From a virus, in IMG/VR virus record IMGVR_UViG_3300042554_001676, positions 7,965-71,964 of that record: a DNA stretch of 64,000 nucleotides. One strand, 5' to 3'. This document shows positions 18,002 through 27,420 of the stretch, in pieces. The first letter of the stretch is position 1, and every line of letters starts with the position of its first letter. The notes under the pieces are model-generated. The model was not told the DNA's origin and did not search any database. It saw nothing but the letters and a program-made list of their open reading frames with translations. The position numbers and the translations under genes were made by a program.

Positions 18002-20279
18002 TTGATGTATTTGCCTCCAAGGCTGGATAGATATTACACAAGATAGTATCAAAGGTCAACTTGTTATCAACCAAATCTACTGTGATTATTGAACGGTCTA
18101 CAATACCATCAAACAAGATCTTTTTACTAATAGGTACCTTGATCAAGTCATTGATAGTTCTAGCTAAGGGTCGTGCACCCATCTTACGATCAAACCCTAG
18201 CTTGAGTACATGCTGTACGGCTGCATCTGTTAAGCGTATTTTGATATGTCTTTCACTAAGCAATACATTCAACTCGGTGATAAACTTATCTACAATCTTG
18301 GTCATGCTCTGACTGTCTAGATGTTTAAACTTACAGATAGCATCTAACCTATTTCGAAACTCAGGTCTGAAAAACTCTTTAACTGCACGATCATCTTCAC
18401 CGGTGCGAGCAAGATCTGTAGAGAACCCAATGGTATTACGTTCATTGTCTTGTGCACCTAGGTTAGAAGTCATGATCAGTATACAGTTCCGAGCATCAGC
18501 ACGTTTGCCATTGCTGCTGGTAATAAAACCTTCGTCCATGAATTGCAGCAGCACATTGCTGACATCAGGATGTGCCTTTTCAATTTCATCAAATAGCACT
18601 ATACTATTGGGATTCTTTTCAATGGCGCTGATCAACAATCCTCCACCGATGTTACCGTCATCGTACCCGACATAACCCGGGGGTGCTCCGATTAGCTTGG
18701 CCACTGTGTGCTTTTCTTGGTATTCACTCATATCATAGCGCAGTAGGCGCATGTTAAGTCCCTGTGCCAGCAACTTGGCCAGTTCAGTCTTACCAGTGCC
18801 AGTGGGACCTAGAAACAGAAAACTGCCCATGGGCTTGTTGATAGATTTTAAACCAGCTTTAGCTACATAGATCTTTTCTAATACCGTGTCCACAGCCGAA
18901 TCTTGGCCATGTAAATTAGTACGGATCACTGACTCCATGTCAAACAAGCTGGTAGCCTCTGCTTCAGTACCAATTTGATCTGCAGGAATTTTGGTAGCAC
19001 GACTGATAGCACTTACAATGTGACTGCGATCAATCACAGGTTTAGCATTAGCTCGTATACGTTCTCTGGCAGCAGCAGTGTCTATTAGATCAATGGCCTT
19101 ATCTGGCAGTTTACGATCTGCTTGATAACGCACACTGAAATCCACAGCCGAGTCAATGGCATCGTCGGTAATGTGTAAATTGTGAAAACGCTCATACTGG
19201 GACTTAATACCACGTAGGATTTGCTTAGCCACTGCGGCAGTGGGTTCTTCTATGGCAAGACGATAAAACCTACGCATCAGTGCACGATCTTTTTCAAAGC
19301 TCTGTGTGTATTCTTCCCAGGTAGTACTGGCCAAGACCTTGATCTTACCACGTGTTAGCGCAGGCTTGATCATGTTACCAAAGTCCAAGCTACCATTGTT
19401 GCTGTTACCACCTGCGCCACGCATCTGGTGTGCTTCGTCAATGAATAATATAGCACGTTCTTTGACTTCTAGTGCCTTGATCACATTCTTGAGTTTTTCT
19501 TCAAAATCTCCTCTATATTTGCTGCCAGCTAGTAGCTTGCCGATGTCTAAGTTGTAAACTGTGTAAGGCTTAAGATATTCAGGCACATCACCATTTATAA
19601 TGTTTCGTGCTAACCCTTCAGCTAACATGGTTTTACCAACACCAGGATCGCCTACTAATAACACATTAGCCTTGTTGCGTTTGGCCATGATTTCAGCTAT
19701 TTCTTGTAACTCTGAGTCACGGCCAATAATAGGATCAATACGACCTTCACGTGCCTGATCATTAAGATTGGTACAGTGTTCTGCTAAGATAGCATCAGCT
19801 TCTTTGGTATTAGATACATTAATGCTGTTTTCGTCTAGTTCGGTGGCCAGCTTGCGATAAAGATAAACAATAGCATTTTTGTCTAAGCCAGCACGAGCCA
19901 TAAAGTATGCTGCATGACTATTTTGTTCTACACTGATACTAAGCAACAAATCACTGATTCTGATCCATTTTTGGCTTTGAAACAGAACCTGTGTTAGAGC
20001 ACGATTAAACACACGTTCTAGACTGTGTGTCTTGCGTGGTGGCATGTTATTGTCTACCACTAAGTGAGTTTGGCGTTGTATGTAGTTGTCAAGATCATTG
20101 ATCAAACCATCTACATCAATTTTAAGTTTTCTAACAATATCTTGAAACGGCTTATACTGAAAAATAGCCAATGTTAAATGTTCTAGTGTTACGTATTCAT
20201 GATTATTGAATTTGGCCATTTCACCAGCTCGTTGAATAATTTCTTCAATTTCGCTGTTGTTACGCATGGGCGAGTTCAT
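17967..20279 (-). CDS. clpA: ClpA-like AAA+ unfoldase
   Basis: Clp N-domain, Walker A GDPGVGKT and GPTGTGKT, pore loops GSKYRG and GYVG, IGF ClpP-docking loop (TIGFS), no ClpB middle domain. Confidence 0.93.
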   Translation of the reverse strand: MNSPMRNNSEIEEIIQRAGEMAKFNNHEYVTLEHLTLAIFQYKPFQDIVRKLKIDVDGLINDLDNYIQRQTHLVVDNNMPPRKTHSLERVFNRALTQVLFQSQKWIRISDLLLSISVEQNSHAAYFMARAGLDKNAIVYLYRKLATELDENSINVSNTKEADAILAEHCTNLNDQAREGRIDPIIGRDSELQEIAEIMAKRNKANVLLVGDPGVGKTMLAEGLARNIINGDVPEYLKPYTVYNLDIGKLLAGSKYRGDFEEKLKNVIKALEVKERAILFIDEAHQMRGAGGNSNNGSLDFGNMIKPALTRGKIKVLASTTWEEYTQSFEKDRALMRRFYRLAIEEPTAAVAKQILRGIKSQYERFHNLHITDDAIDSAVDFSVRYQADRKLPDKAIDLIDTAAARERIRANAKPVIDRSHIVSAISRATKIPADQIGTEAEATSLFDMESVIRTNLHGQDSAVDTVLEKIYVAKAGLKSINKPMGSFLFLGPTGTGKTELAKLLAQGLNMRLLRYDMSEYQEKHTVAKLIGAPPGYVGYDDGNIGGGLLISAIEKNPNSIVLFDEIEKAHPDVSNVLLQFMDEGFITSSNGKRADARNCILIMTSNLGAQDNERNTIGFSTDLARTGEDDRAVKEFFRPEFRNRLDAICKFKHLDSQSMTKIVDKFITELNVLLSERHIKIRLTDAAVQHVLKLGFDRKMGARPLARTINDLIKVPISKKILFDGIVDRSIITVDLVDNKLTFDTILCNIYPALEANTSNVDENGFITVA

Positions 20280-20287
20280 AGGTACCT

Positions 20288-21121
20288 TTATGGTGCTAGT
20301 TTATATAGTCTTTCAAGTTGCTCGGCAGTGATAGTGCGTGGAACGCTGAGTTCAACTTCCACAAACATATCACCTCTAGTGGGATGATTCACGTCCCAAA
20401 GCCCGCATTGGGCCATTCTGAATTGAGTACCATGTTGGGTACCCGGGGGTATGTTGATTTCAAATTGTTTACTATCTACACTGTCTACTGTTATCTTAGT
20501 ACCCAGTATGGCATCTAAACAATTTATGGTGACTTTTTGACGCAAATTAGTGCCATCAATGCTGAAATTTGGCGGTGTAAGCACCACAAAATCCACATAA
20601 AGATCACCAGCTGGTAATGTGTTATTGCTGTGATCTCCATGGCCCGCACAGCGCATTTGCATGCCTGTTTGTATGCCACGTGGAATATCAATCTTGACTG
20701 TGCGTACTAGTCCATTCATATGCCTGATTTCGATATGACGCTCTTGAGCAGTCATGGTACTTTGAAGATCCAATTCCACAGTGGCTCTAAGATCTCTATT
20801 GCGCTGCGGTTGTTTAAACATACCACCGAATGGATGATTACCGTGGAATTGACGCAGTATGTCATTAAGGTCGGGCCCGAAATTAAAATGAAATCCAAAA
20901 TTACCTTGATGTCCACCTTGACCAAATGCACGTTGTTGCTCCCATTGCGCTCTACGACCCGGATCGGTTAACACACTGTGTGCTTCTTGAATCTCTTGGA
21001 ATTTGCCTTGATCGCCACCACGGTCCGGATGATGCTGCATGGCCAGACGTTTATAAGCCCGGCGAATATCATCTTCGCTGGCTCCGGGATCTACACCTAA
21101 TATATTAAAATAGTCCTTCAT
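20288..21121 (-). CDS. DnaJ-class co-chaperone (CbpA-like, no Zn finger)
   Basis: J-domain with HPD (HHPDRGG), G/F region, C-terminal domain GDLYV...GDMFV. Confidence 0.92.
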   Translation of the reverse strand: MKDYFNILGVDPGASEDDIRRAYKRLAMQHHPDRGGDQGKFQEIQEAHSVLTDPGRRAQWEQQRAFGQGGHQGNFGFHFNFGPDLNDILRQFHGNHPFGGMFKQPQRNRDLRATVELDLQSTMTAQERHIEIRHMNGLVRTVKIDIPRGIQTGMQMRCAGHGDHSNNTLPAGDLYVDFVVLTPPNFSIDGTNLRQKVTINCLDAILGTKITVDSVDSKQFEINIPPGTQHGTQFRMAQCGLWDVNHPTRGDMFVEVELSVPRTITAEQLERLYKLAP

Positions 21122-21194
21122 ATATGTATATATCGTAAACAGAAAAAGGTACAGTATTAATAATACTATACCTTTTGGGTAATGTCAAACTTGA

Positions 21195-21575
21195 TTACTT
21201 CTTGGCTGGTGGAATTTCGTGAGCTTCCAGTTTCTGGCGCACACGGATCATTTTACAATCACGTACTGCTTTGCCTTCTTTGTCTAACACCGGCTGACCA
21301 TCCTTGCCAATTTTGTCATGACAAACTTCTTTCATTTCTCCTTTGCCTGCACGATCGGCACCTTCATCCTTCTTTTCGGCTGCTTTGGCAGGTTCCGAAA
21401 CCTTGGCAGGTTCAACAGGCTTAACAGGCTCAGCAGCTGGAGCTGCTGATCCGGATGTTGCTGCTTTGGCCGCTTTGCCGGCATCACCGGGCTTGGCTTC
21501 TTTGCTGCAAGCACTGAGGTTGGTGGCCAGTAAGGCACCAAATAATACTACTACAAGACCTTTAACTAATTGCAT
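21195..21575 (-). CDS. lipoprotein, Pro/Ala/Lys-rich
   Basis: Signal peptide with lipobox LSAC. Confidence 0.7.
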   Translation of the reverse strand: MQLVKGLVVVLFGALLATNLSACSKEAKPGDAGKAAKAATSGSAAPAAEPVKPVEPAKVSEPAKAAEKKDEGADRAGKGEMKEVCHDKIGKDGQPVLDKEGKAVRDCKMIRVRQKLEAHEIPPAKK

Positions 21576-21584
21576 GATTGCTCC

Positions 21585-22115
21585 TTAAATCCATTCTCTG
21601 GGTGGTTCCACTGGAGCAGGCTTACCGCCAAAGCCAGTAACTACCTGTCCCCAGTTGTTTGGTTGAGGTGCCCCAAAGCCGCCGGCGTTGGCACCATTAC
21701 TGATCGCCGGGGCGTTACCGAAATTTCCTGTTGAGCCTCCAAAACTACTTGGAGCTGCGCCGCCGAAACCTCCTGCAGGACTAGGAGGTTGCACGCCACC
21801 GTTGTTGGCACCATTTAGCTTTTCTTGTGTACGTCCCCAAGCACTCAAACCTAGCACAGCGCCCATGGCCATGTGGAACAAGCCTGCACCAGCTAGAGTA
21901 AGTGGTTGCCACTGACGAAAAGCATCATTGGCTGCTTCCGTTTCCCAAAACTGTACGATAGTAAACATGATAGGAAACACAATAAAGTCAAATACACAGA
22001 CCATCATGTACATCCAACCCATGGCTGGACGCCATTTTGAGTTCATCCAATCTTCTTTTTTCTTTTCAGCCTCACTTAGTGCCGCTGGTTTTTCGTCTTT
22101 GCTTTCTTCAGCCAT
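21585..22115 (-). CDS. putative holin (3TM/GTA-holin-like)
   Basis: WRPAMGW, two TM helices, GAVLGLSAWGRTQEK; lies in lysis cluster. Confidence 0.7.
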   Translation of the reverse strand: MAEESKDEKPAALSEAEKKKEDWMNSKWRPAMGWMYMMVCVFDFIVFPIMFTIVQFWETEAANDAFRQWQPLTLAGAGLFHMAMGAVLGLSAWGRTQEKLNGANNGGVQPPSPAGGFGGAAPSSFGGSTGNFGNAPAISNGANAGGFGAPQPNNWGQVVTGFGGKPAPVEPPREWI

Positions 22116-22902
22116 TGCTGTCTCCTTTAGCAGTTTGATCTACCTCACGACCTTCTGCATAATTAGACAAATGTGCTATATATGCATCGATACTGTGGTT
22201 CATAAAGTAGTTGATTTTTTTCTTACGCAGTCCAGTAACTAGGCCACGGATACGATCTTTTATGTGTTGAAACGTGGTTAACTCTCGATAGTTACCAAAA
22301 TGATTTAGATATTTTAATTGTCCAAAATGACTATACCCCATCCAGCCTGGTGGAACACTGGTTACTATGTCAATGTTGTTAACCCAACGCTCATGATAAA
22401 ACTGAGCTTGAGCAATAAATTTAGCATTGCCTACCTTGGGTGATCCATAGGTATATAAACCATTGGCGTTGGGTAAATCGTCGTCAACTTGGCAATATAT
22501 AGCTAGTATACTGGCCATGGCAGCACCTAGACTGTGTCCACAAAACCATATTCTTTTATCTGTATTAGCTAATAATTCATCACGCACTTTGTCTAGCATG
22601 CGGTTAGCATACTTGTTAAACCCAAAATGCACTTTACCATGGGCATCATATAATGGTTCTTTAGGCCAGGCTTGTAGGTCCGCTTTGATGTCTTTGAATT
22701 CTTTAGGCTGTGTACCTCTGCATACCACAATCAAGTCACGTTCATCAGTAAGCACATAACATTCACTGTCTTTGACTACTATGTACTTGGCTGTAAAGCC
22801 CATCATTTTAAATAAAGGAACACCTGCGTCTGGCTCTTCATAAGCTATGCCAGATAGTTTAGCAAATAGCCAACTAAGATGACGCGGGCGTAGATCTTCC
22901 AT
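22108..22902 (-). CDS. class 3 lipase
   Basis: VCRGT, VHFGF, GHSLG nucleophile elbow, YTYGSPKVG, DIVTSVP, HSIDAY. Confidence 0.9.
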   Translation of the reverse strand: MEDLRPRHLSWLFAKLSGIAYEEPDAGVPLFKMMGFTAKYIVVKDSECYVLTDERDLIVVCRGTQPKEFKDIKADLQAWPKEPLYDAHGKVHFGFNKYANRMLDKVRDELLANTDKRIWFCGHSLGAAMASILAIYCQVDDDLPNANGLYTYGSPKVGNAKFIAQAQFYHERWVNNIDIVTSVPPGWMGYSHFGQLKYLNHFGNYRELTTFQHIKDRIRGLVTGLRKKKINYFMNHSIDAYIAHLSNYAEGREVDQTAKGDSNG

Positions 22903-23525
22903 TACAGTCCTAGTACATGCAGTGCATGGTTATAATGTTTAATGCGATCATCTAGGCCCAGTGTTCCGCCATTGATGCGTTTGGTTAAATTCAGCATGTC
23001 TCCGGTATCAGCAAATTTGTTAAGATTATTAGTTTCCCAAAACCAACAAGCTGATTGTACAGCGCCTTCAAAAGTACCTAGGTATGCAGGAATATCGTTA
23101 ATGTCAGTTTCGATACTGTCAGCAAAAGACTGATAGTTGTTGCGTCCTGTAAGCTGAATTAATCCTCGTCCACAAAAGCGCCAGCCGTCGCCTGATTCTT
23201 CTGGACCATTGCCCATGCGATTTGCATAAGCACGATTAGCAATCATTTCTTCCTTGCCGGCATACTGATTGGCAATGTCCATGTTAGGAAAGTATCTGGG
23301 CCAAACTTTGACCAGGCTTTGAGCGCGATATTTTAGATTTTCTTTTAGAAACTTGAAATTGCCTGACTCGTGACCGCACTGTGCCATAAACGCTGCTATA
23401 CGCTGCGGTGTGTTGATGTCATAATCTGGCAAACAGCGTTCCATGGCTGAGTGCCAATAATCCACGTAAGGATTGCCTGGAATCAATTGTGCTAGTTGTT
23501 CTTTGGATAAAATAAAATCACTCAT
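22902..23525 (-). CDS. GH19 endolysin
   Basis: AAFMAQCGHES, SGDGWRFCGRGLIQLTGRNNY, SACWFW, TKRINGG. Confidence 0.9.
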   Translation of the reverse strand: MSDFILSKEQLAQLIPGNPYVDYWHSAMERCLPDYDINTPQRIAAFMAQCGHESGNFKFLKENLKYRAQSLVKVWPRYFPNMDIANQYAGKEEMIANRAYANRMGNGPEESGDGWRFCGRGLIQLTGRNNYQSFADSIETDINDIPAYLGTFEGAVQSACWFWETNNLNKFADTGDMLNLTKRINGGTLGLDDRIKHYNHALHVLGL

Positions 23526-23812
23526 TGTTTACCTTTGCTACGTAGTTCATCGTAGATCTTTTTCTGTTCTGTGTACCACTCGTTCCAGCCATCGACTTTT
23601 AAACTGCACTGATGATACAGTGTATAGTTATGTACAATGGTTTTTAGCATTTCTGTTATAGCCACTGCATCTGCTTCTATTAATTTAAGCTCATTGCACT
23701 TTTCAGTAAGCTCTTTAATAGGAGTAGGAAACTCAGGCATCATTAGTACTGGCTTCTTTACAGTACACCCAGTGATGACCAATGCCATTAGAGCAATCAA
23801 AATGTATCTCAT
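23522..23812 (-). CDS. o-spanin (Rz1-like lipoprotein)
   Basis: Lipobox ITGC, Pro-rich segment, follows i-spanin candidate. Confidence 0.7.
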   Translation of the reverse strand: MRYILIALMALVITGCTVKKPVLMMPEFPTPIKELTEKCNELKLIEADAVAITEMLKTIVHNYTLYHQCSLKVDGWNEWYTEQKKIYDELRSKGKQ

Positions 23813-24348
23813 TTCTTTTCTCCTTTGGCTGCGTCATTGATGGCTCGGATAGCTGCCTTGTTGTGTTCTTCTATAACAATCTTGGGCACAGGACAATTTT
23901 TGATGCTGGTTTGTAGTTCAGCAACTTTCTTTTCAAACTCTGCACGTTGTTCAGGAGTCATGTCTTTGACTACGGTTTCTTTGATGGTATCACCTTGTAC
24001 GATACGATCAATGTACTGAATTTGAGCTGCACCTTTTTCTTTGATGATTTTGTCTTTGTACACTACCTTTTCTTGTATTTCTACATTCTTTTGTGTGGCT
24101 TTCTTTTCTGCTTCAGACAGTGCGATTCTCATGGCATCCAGTTCAGCTTGCCATTTGGCTTCGTTGCTGATAGCACCTTCCATCCAAATACTCATAGCAA
24201 ACAGCAAACTAGCCAGTGCACCAACAGGTACACGATATGGAACAAAACTAAATCCAATGGTTAGGAATGTTAACAGCCCAGATACTATCAGCAGTATATG
24301 CCAAAGCATGTCAGGGAAAAACTGAAATAAAAATAAAAGTTGGTCCAT
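23809..24348 (-). CDS. i-spanin (Rz-like)
   Basis: N-terminal TM helices, periplasmic coiled coil, C-terminal Cys; adjacent to lipoprotein and endolysin. Confidence 0.65.
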   Translation of the reverse strand: MDQLLFLFQFFPDMLWHILLIVSGLLTFLTIGFSFVPYRVPVGALASLLFAMSIWMEGAISNEAKWQAELDAMRIALSEAEKKATQKNVEIQEKVVYKDKIIKEKGAAQIQYIDRIVQGDTIKETVVKDMTPEQRAEFEKKVAELQTSIKNCPVPKIVIEEHNKAAIRAINDAAKGEKK

Positions 24349-24370
24349 AATCGAAATACCCCCTTGATGT

Positions 24371-24949
24371 CTAGCGTATACCAGCAGCTATACGCAGACT
24401 CTCTGTAAAATCATTTTTTGGTGCTCGTGTTTCTACTTTGATGCCAGCTGCTGTTTTCAGCTGATCTAATTCTGTTTTTTCTTGTTGCTGTAAACCGCGA
24501 TAAGCTTCGGGCGACAATGGTATAATACTGGCTAAACTTTCTTGATCAGCAGTGCCTTCACGTTGTGGCTTGGCATACACCACAGACCAATCCTCTATGC
24601 TGAGGTCAGTTAATGGTTCAAGATCTGCAAATAACTGTGCTAGATTAGCAGGAATCTCTTGGTTACGATCCATTTCAATGAATACCACGTAGCTGCCATC
24701 TTCTAGTTCACCGGAGCTGGCATCAGCATCAATAACCCAATCATAACTTTTTTCTACAAAACTAACCAAGTCCAAGGCCGGATCTTTGCCCTGTACCATA
24801 AAACTCACAACCACTATTTCTTCGTCTGAGCCAACCTTGCTTTTATACTCGTCAATGGTTACGCGAGTATTAACCAAGCGTTTAAGGTCTTGGGCTTCGA
24901 GGCCTTCAGATAGCGGGTTGGGCTGCTGGAGCAGTTGGTTGTTGTGCAT
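24371..24949 (-). CDS. conserved phage hypothetical protein
   Basis: ORF, start uncertain; ends LRIAAGIR. Confidence 0.6.
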   Translation of the reverse strand: MHNNQLLQQPNPLSEGLEAQDLKRLVNTRVTIDEYKSKVGSDEEIVVVSFMVQGKDPALDLVSFVEKSYDWVIDADASSGELEDGSYVVFIEMDRNQEIPANLAQLFADLEPLTDLSIEDWSVVYAKPQREGTADQESLASIIPLSPEAYRGLQQQEKTELDQLKTAAGIKVETRAPKNDFTESLRIAAGIR

Positions 24950-25460
24950 TTTCATCTTCATCTTGTTTATAGACATCATCATCTAGACCTACTTCATAGG
25001 CCTGTTCGATGTCCTCTAGGTCCACAGTTTCTGATTCTAGTTCAATACTGCCACGCTCAATGTCACGCATTAGTTGTTTAGGCATGACTATTTCTACTAA
25101 CCATACTGGTCGCTTGACCATTTTAGGATGACGTGTACCGGGTCTGAAATCATCCGGATCTTTAACTACCACTGGGTATTCAAAGTGTGTTTTGCGATAT
25201 CTTACTTGACAGTTATAGTCTAACAAGCGTTCACCACCACGTGGGTCAGGCATGAGCTTGTAAGGCCACATAAAAGTGCAGGTCACAAAGTATTTTTCAT
25301 AAATTGGACCTTCTACTAGTTCGCCTTTAGACCAGTTATCAAACACGTAAGTGTCTAACTCGTCTAGTACACGTTCAAAATCCATAAGGCTTTCTAGTGC
25401 ACTGTCTGTCATGTACACTGACTTGGTGTTATCTAAAATGTCTTTGATCTTGGCGACCAT
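24906..25460 (-). CDS. conserved phage hypothetical protein
   Basis: 184 aa ORF; late-type TAAATA motifs upstream. Confidence 0.65.
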   Translation of the reverse strand: MVAKIKDILDNTKSVYMTDSALESLMDFERVLDELDTYVFDNWSKGELVEGPIYEKYFVTCTFMWPYKLMPDPRGGERLLDYNCQVRYRKTHFEYPVVVKDPDDFRPGTRHPKMVKRPVWLVEIVMPKQLMRDIERGSIELESETVDLEDIEQAYEVGLDDDVYKQDEDENAQQPTAPAAQPAI

Positions 25461-25611
25461 AGGTACTCTCGTTTATGTTATTTATTTTATTTAGCTATTT
25501 GGGGGTACCTAGGGTTTTGGCTGGGGATAGCCAAATACTTATCTCAAATAAAACTGTATTTTCATAGTGTAGAAATAGCTTTTTCTGATCCGTAAATACC
25601 TGTGTGCACTA

Positions 25612-26412
25612 TTGCACATGAGTTCAAGGATGATATCTATTAATACCATAGGAGAAAAAGACTTGGCAGGTAAAAGACGAGCACATTCAAACCGTGCTGT
25701 TCGTGATATCGACACGACTAGTAATAACGTAATCGGCATGAACAGTTATGTTCAAAACAAGCAAAAAGCAGTTAATTTAATCCCTAAAACACTAAAACAG
25801 GAAGAGTATATAGACTTATTAATAGATCCTCAAAGGCTAATTGTATTAGCCACTGGACCAGCAGGAACTGGCAAGACCATGTTAGCAGTAATGGCCGGAA
25901 TCAAAGCCTTTAAGGAAAGGAAAATTGATCGATTGATTATTACACGGCCAGCAGTAGGTGTAGATGATGAAGAACACGGGTTTTTACCCGGTGACCTATA
26001 TCAAAAGATGGAGCCTTGGACCAGGCCCATCATGGATGTAGTTCAAGAGTACTATTCGACTCGGGATATCGCGAGTATGCTAGATGAACAAACCTTAGAG
26101 ATAGCTCCACTAGCATATATGAGAGGCCGAAACTTTAAGCGAAGCTGGATCATCTTTGATGAAGCCCAAAACGCAACAACAAACCAGATGAAGATGGTTC
26201 TTACACGCCTTAGCGAGGGGTCGAAATTAGTAGTTACTGGTGATCTTAATCAAATGGATCGGAAATTCAATACCGATAATGGATTAAGAGATTTTCTAGC
26301 ACGCCTTGCGGCCACCGACAGTGCTATGATAGCCAGTGTGAATTTTGGCCGACGAGATGTACAAAGACATCCCGCCGTGGCTGAAGTGCTTAAATTATAC
26401 GGTGAAAACTAA
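25612..26412 (+). CDS. phoH: PhoH-like ATPase
   Basis: GPAGTGKT, ITRPAV, GFLPGDL, PLAYMRGR, DEAQN, VTGDLNQ, DVQRHP; exact start uncertain. Confidence 0.95.
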   Translation: MHMSSRMISINTIGEKDLAGKRRAHSNRAVRDIDTTSNNVIGMNSYVQNKQKAVNLIPKTLKQEEYIDLLIDPQRLIVLATGPAGTGKTMLAVMAGIKAFKERKIDRLIITRPAVGVDDEEHGFLPGDLYQKMEPWTRPIMDVVQEYYSTRDIASMLDEQTLEIAPLAYMRGRNFKRSWIIFDEAQNATTNQMKMVLTRLSEGSKLVVTGDLNQMDRKFNTDNGLRDFLARLAATDSAMIASVNFGRRDVQRHPAVAEVLKLYGEN

Positions 26413-26624
26413 ATAGCACGACCTAGCACATCCTTGAGGAAGCGATCTAGGTCGTCTTCCCAGGGCTGTCCACATAATCTAGCATGATGTATATGTGCTA
26501 ATTGTTCAATGACATCCTCGGGTAGTTCTCGCCGATCGGCGCCACGATGCCGTAATTCTTCTACTAGATCCTCGGTAGTAAAATCATCTAAATTAACTTC
26601 GACTTCTACAGTGGTGTAAGGCAT
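26409..26624 (-). CDS. hypothetical protein
   Basis: 71 aa ORF. Confidence 0.6.
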   Translation of the reverse strand: MPYTTVEVEVNLDDFTTEDLVEELRHRGADRRELPEDVIEQLAHIHHARLCGQPWEDDLDRFLKDVLGRAI

Positions 26625-26625
26625 G

Positions 26626-26766
26626 CTAAATTCCTAAATGTGAATTATCATGATTTTGGCAACGATGCCATTTTGGTAATAACACAGTGAGAAAACGTCC
26701 CAGCCAGCCTATGTGCTCACCACACTGCTGACAACACCAGCTGGGGAAGTTCTTTTTTGAAAACAT
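26626..26766 (-). CDS. small CxxC peptide (46 aa)
   Basis: Hand translation MFSKKNFPSWCCQQCGEHIGWLGRFLTVLLPKWHRCQNHDNSHLGI; fills gap between co-oriented genes. Confidence 0.45.
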   Translation of the reverse strand: MFSKKNFPSWCCQQCGEHIGWLGRFLTVLLPKWHRCQNHDNSHLGI

Positions 26767-26781
26767 TAAATTGTGTCTAAG

Positions 26782-27027
26782 TTACTTGATTCTGCTGCGT
26801 ATATAATTTTCTAGGTCTTTTAACTGTATTTCTAGTCGTCTATTTTTGGCTTCCATGTATTCCAACCGTTGACGCATGATCACTAGTTCCAACCCTTGCC
26901 TGTCCTGTTCTTCTTTGGTCAAACGCAGTTCTTTGACCTGTCCTAACAAGGTAGGAGCAGGTGGCGCATTAGGATCACGTTCGCGTTTTTTACGATTCTT
27001 CAGTAAGCGAGCAAAGGCTGGATTCAT
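26782..27027 (-). CDS. hypothetical coiled-coil protein
   Basis: 81 aa ORF preceded by ATAAATA. Confidence 0.6.
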   Translation of the reverse strand: MNPAFARLLKNRKKRERDPNAPPAPTLLGQVKELRLTKEEQDRQGLELVIMRQRLEYMEAKNRRLEIQLKDLENYIRSRIK

Positions 27028-27035
27028 GTAGATAT

Positions 27036-27419
27036 TTATTGTGTATCTACAGTGCGTATTTCTCCAGTGGGCACAGTGATAACTGGAGCTTCAACTTTGA
27101 CCAAGCCTGGATTGGGTCTAGCAGCGTCAATGCTTCGCATTAACTCTGTGGTATGCTGTGGATAGCTCTTGGCAAAATAATCCAAGAGTTCATCAAATGT
27201 GCGACCTGACTGCCAACGATTTTTAACCACACGTCGATTAACCATGTCCAAAATAATACTGGCCATGGTTTCGTCGCGTTTACGTAGACTATGTGTTACA
27301 GCCACTTGTTCATCGTAGCTGACATTGTTTTGGTTGTTTTGCCAACCGGCAATTTGAGTACGCACTCGATTGTCACGTGGGCGTTTAAAATAGTAAGCTA
27401 CTAGGTAAATGTTTCGCAT
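27036..27419 (-). CDS. hypothetical protein
   Basis: Start reassigned to MRNIYL just after clamp loader stop. Confidence 0.6.
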   Translation of the reverse strand: MRNIYLVAYYFKRPRDNRVRTQIAGWQNNQNNVSYDEQVAVTHSLRKRDETMASIILDMVNRRVVKNRWQSGRTFDELLDYFAKSYPQHTTELMRSIDAARPNPGLVKVEAPVITVPTGEIRTVDTQ

Positions 27420-27420
27420 G

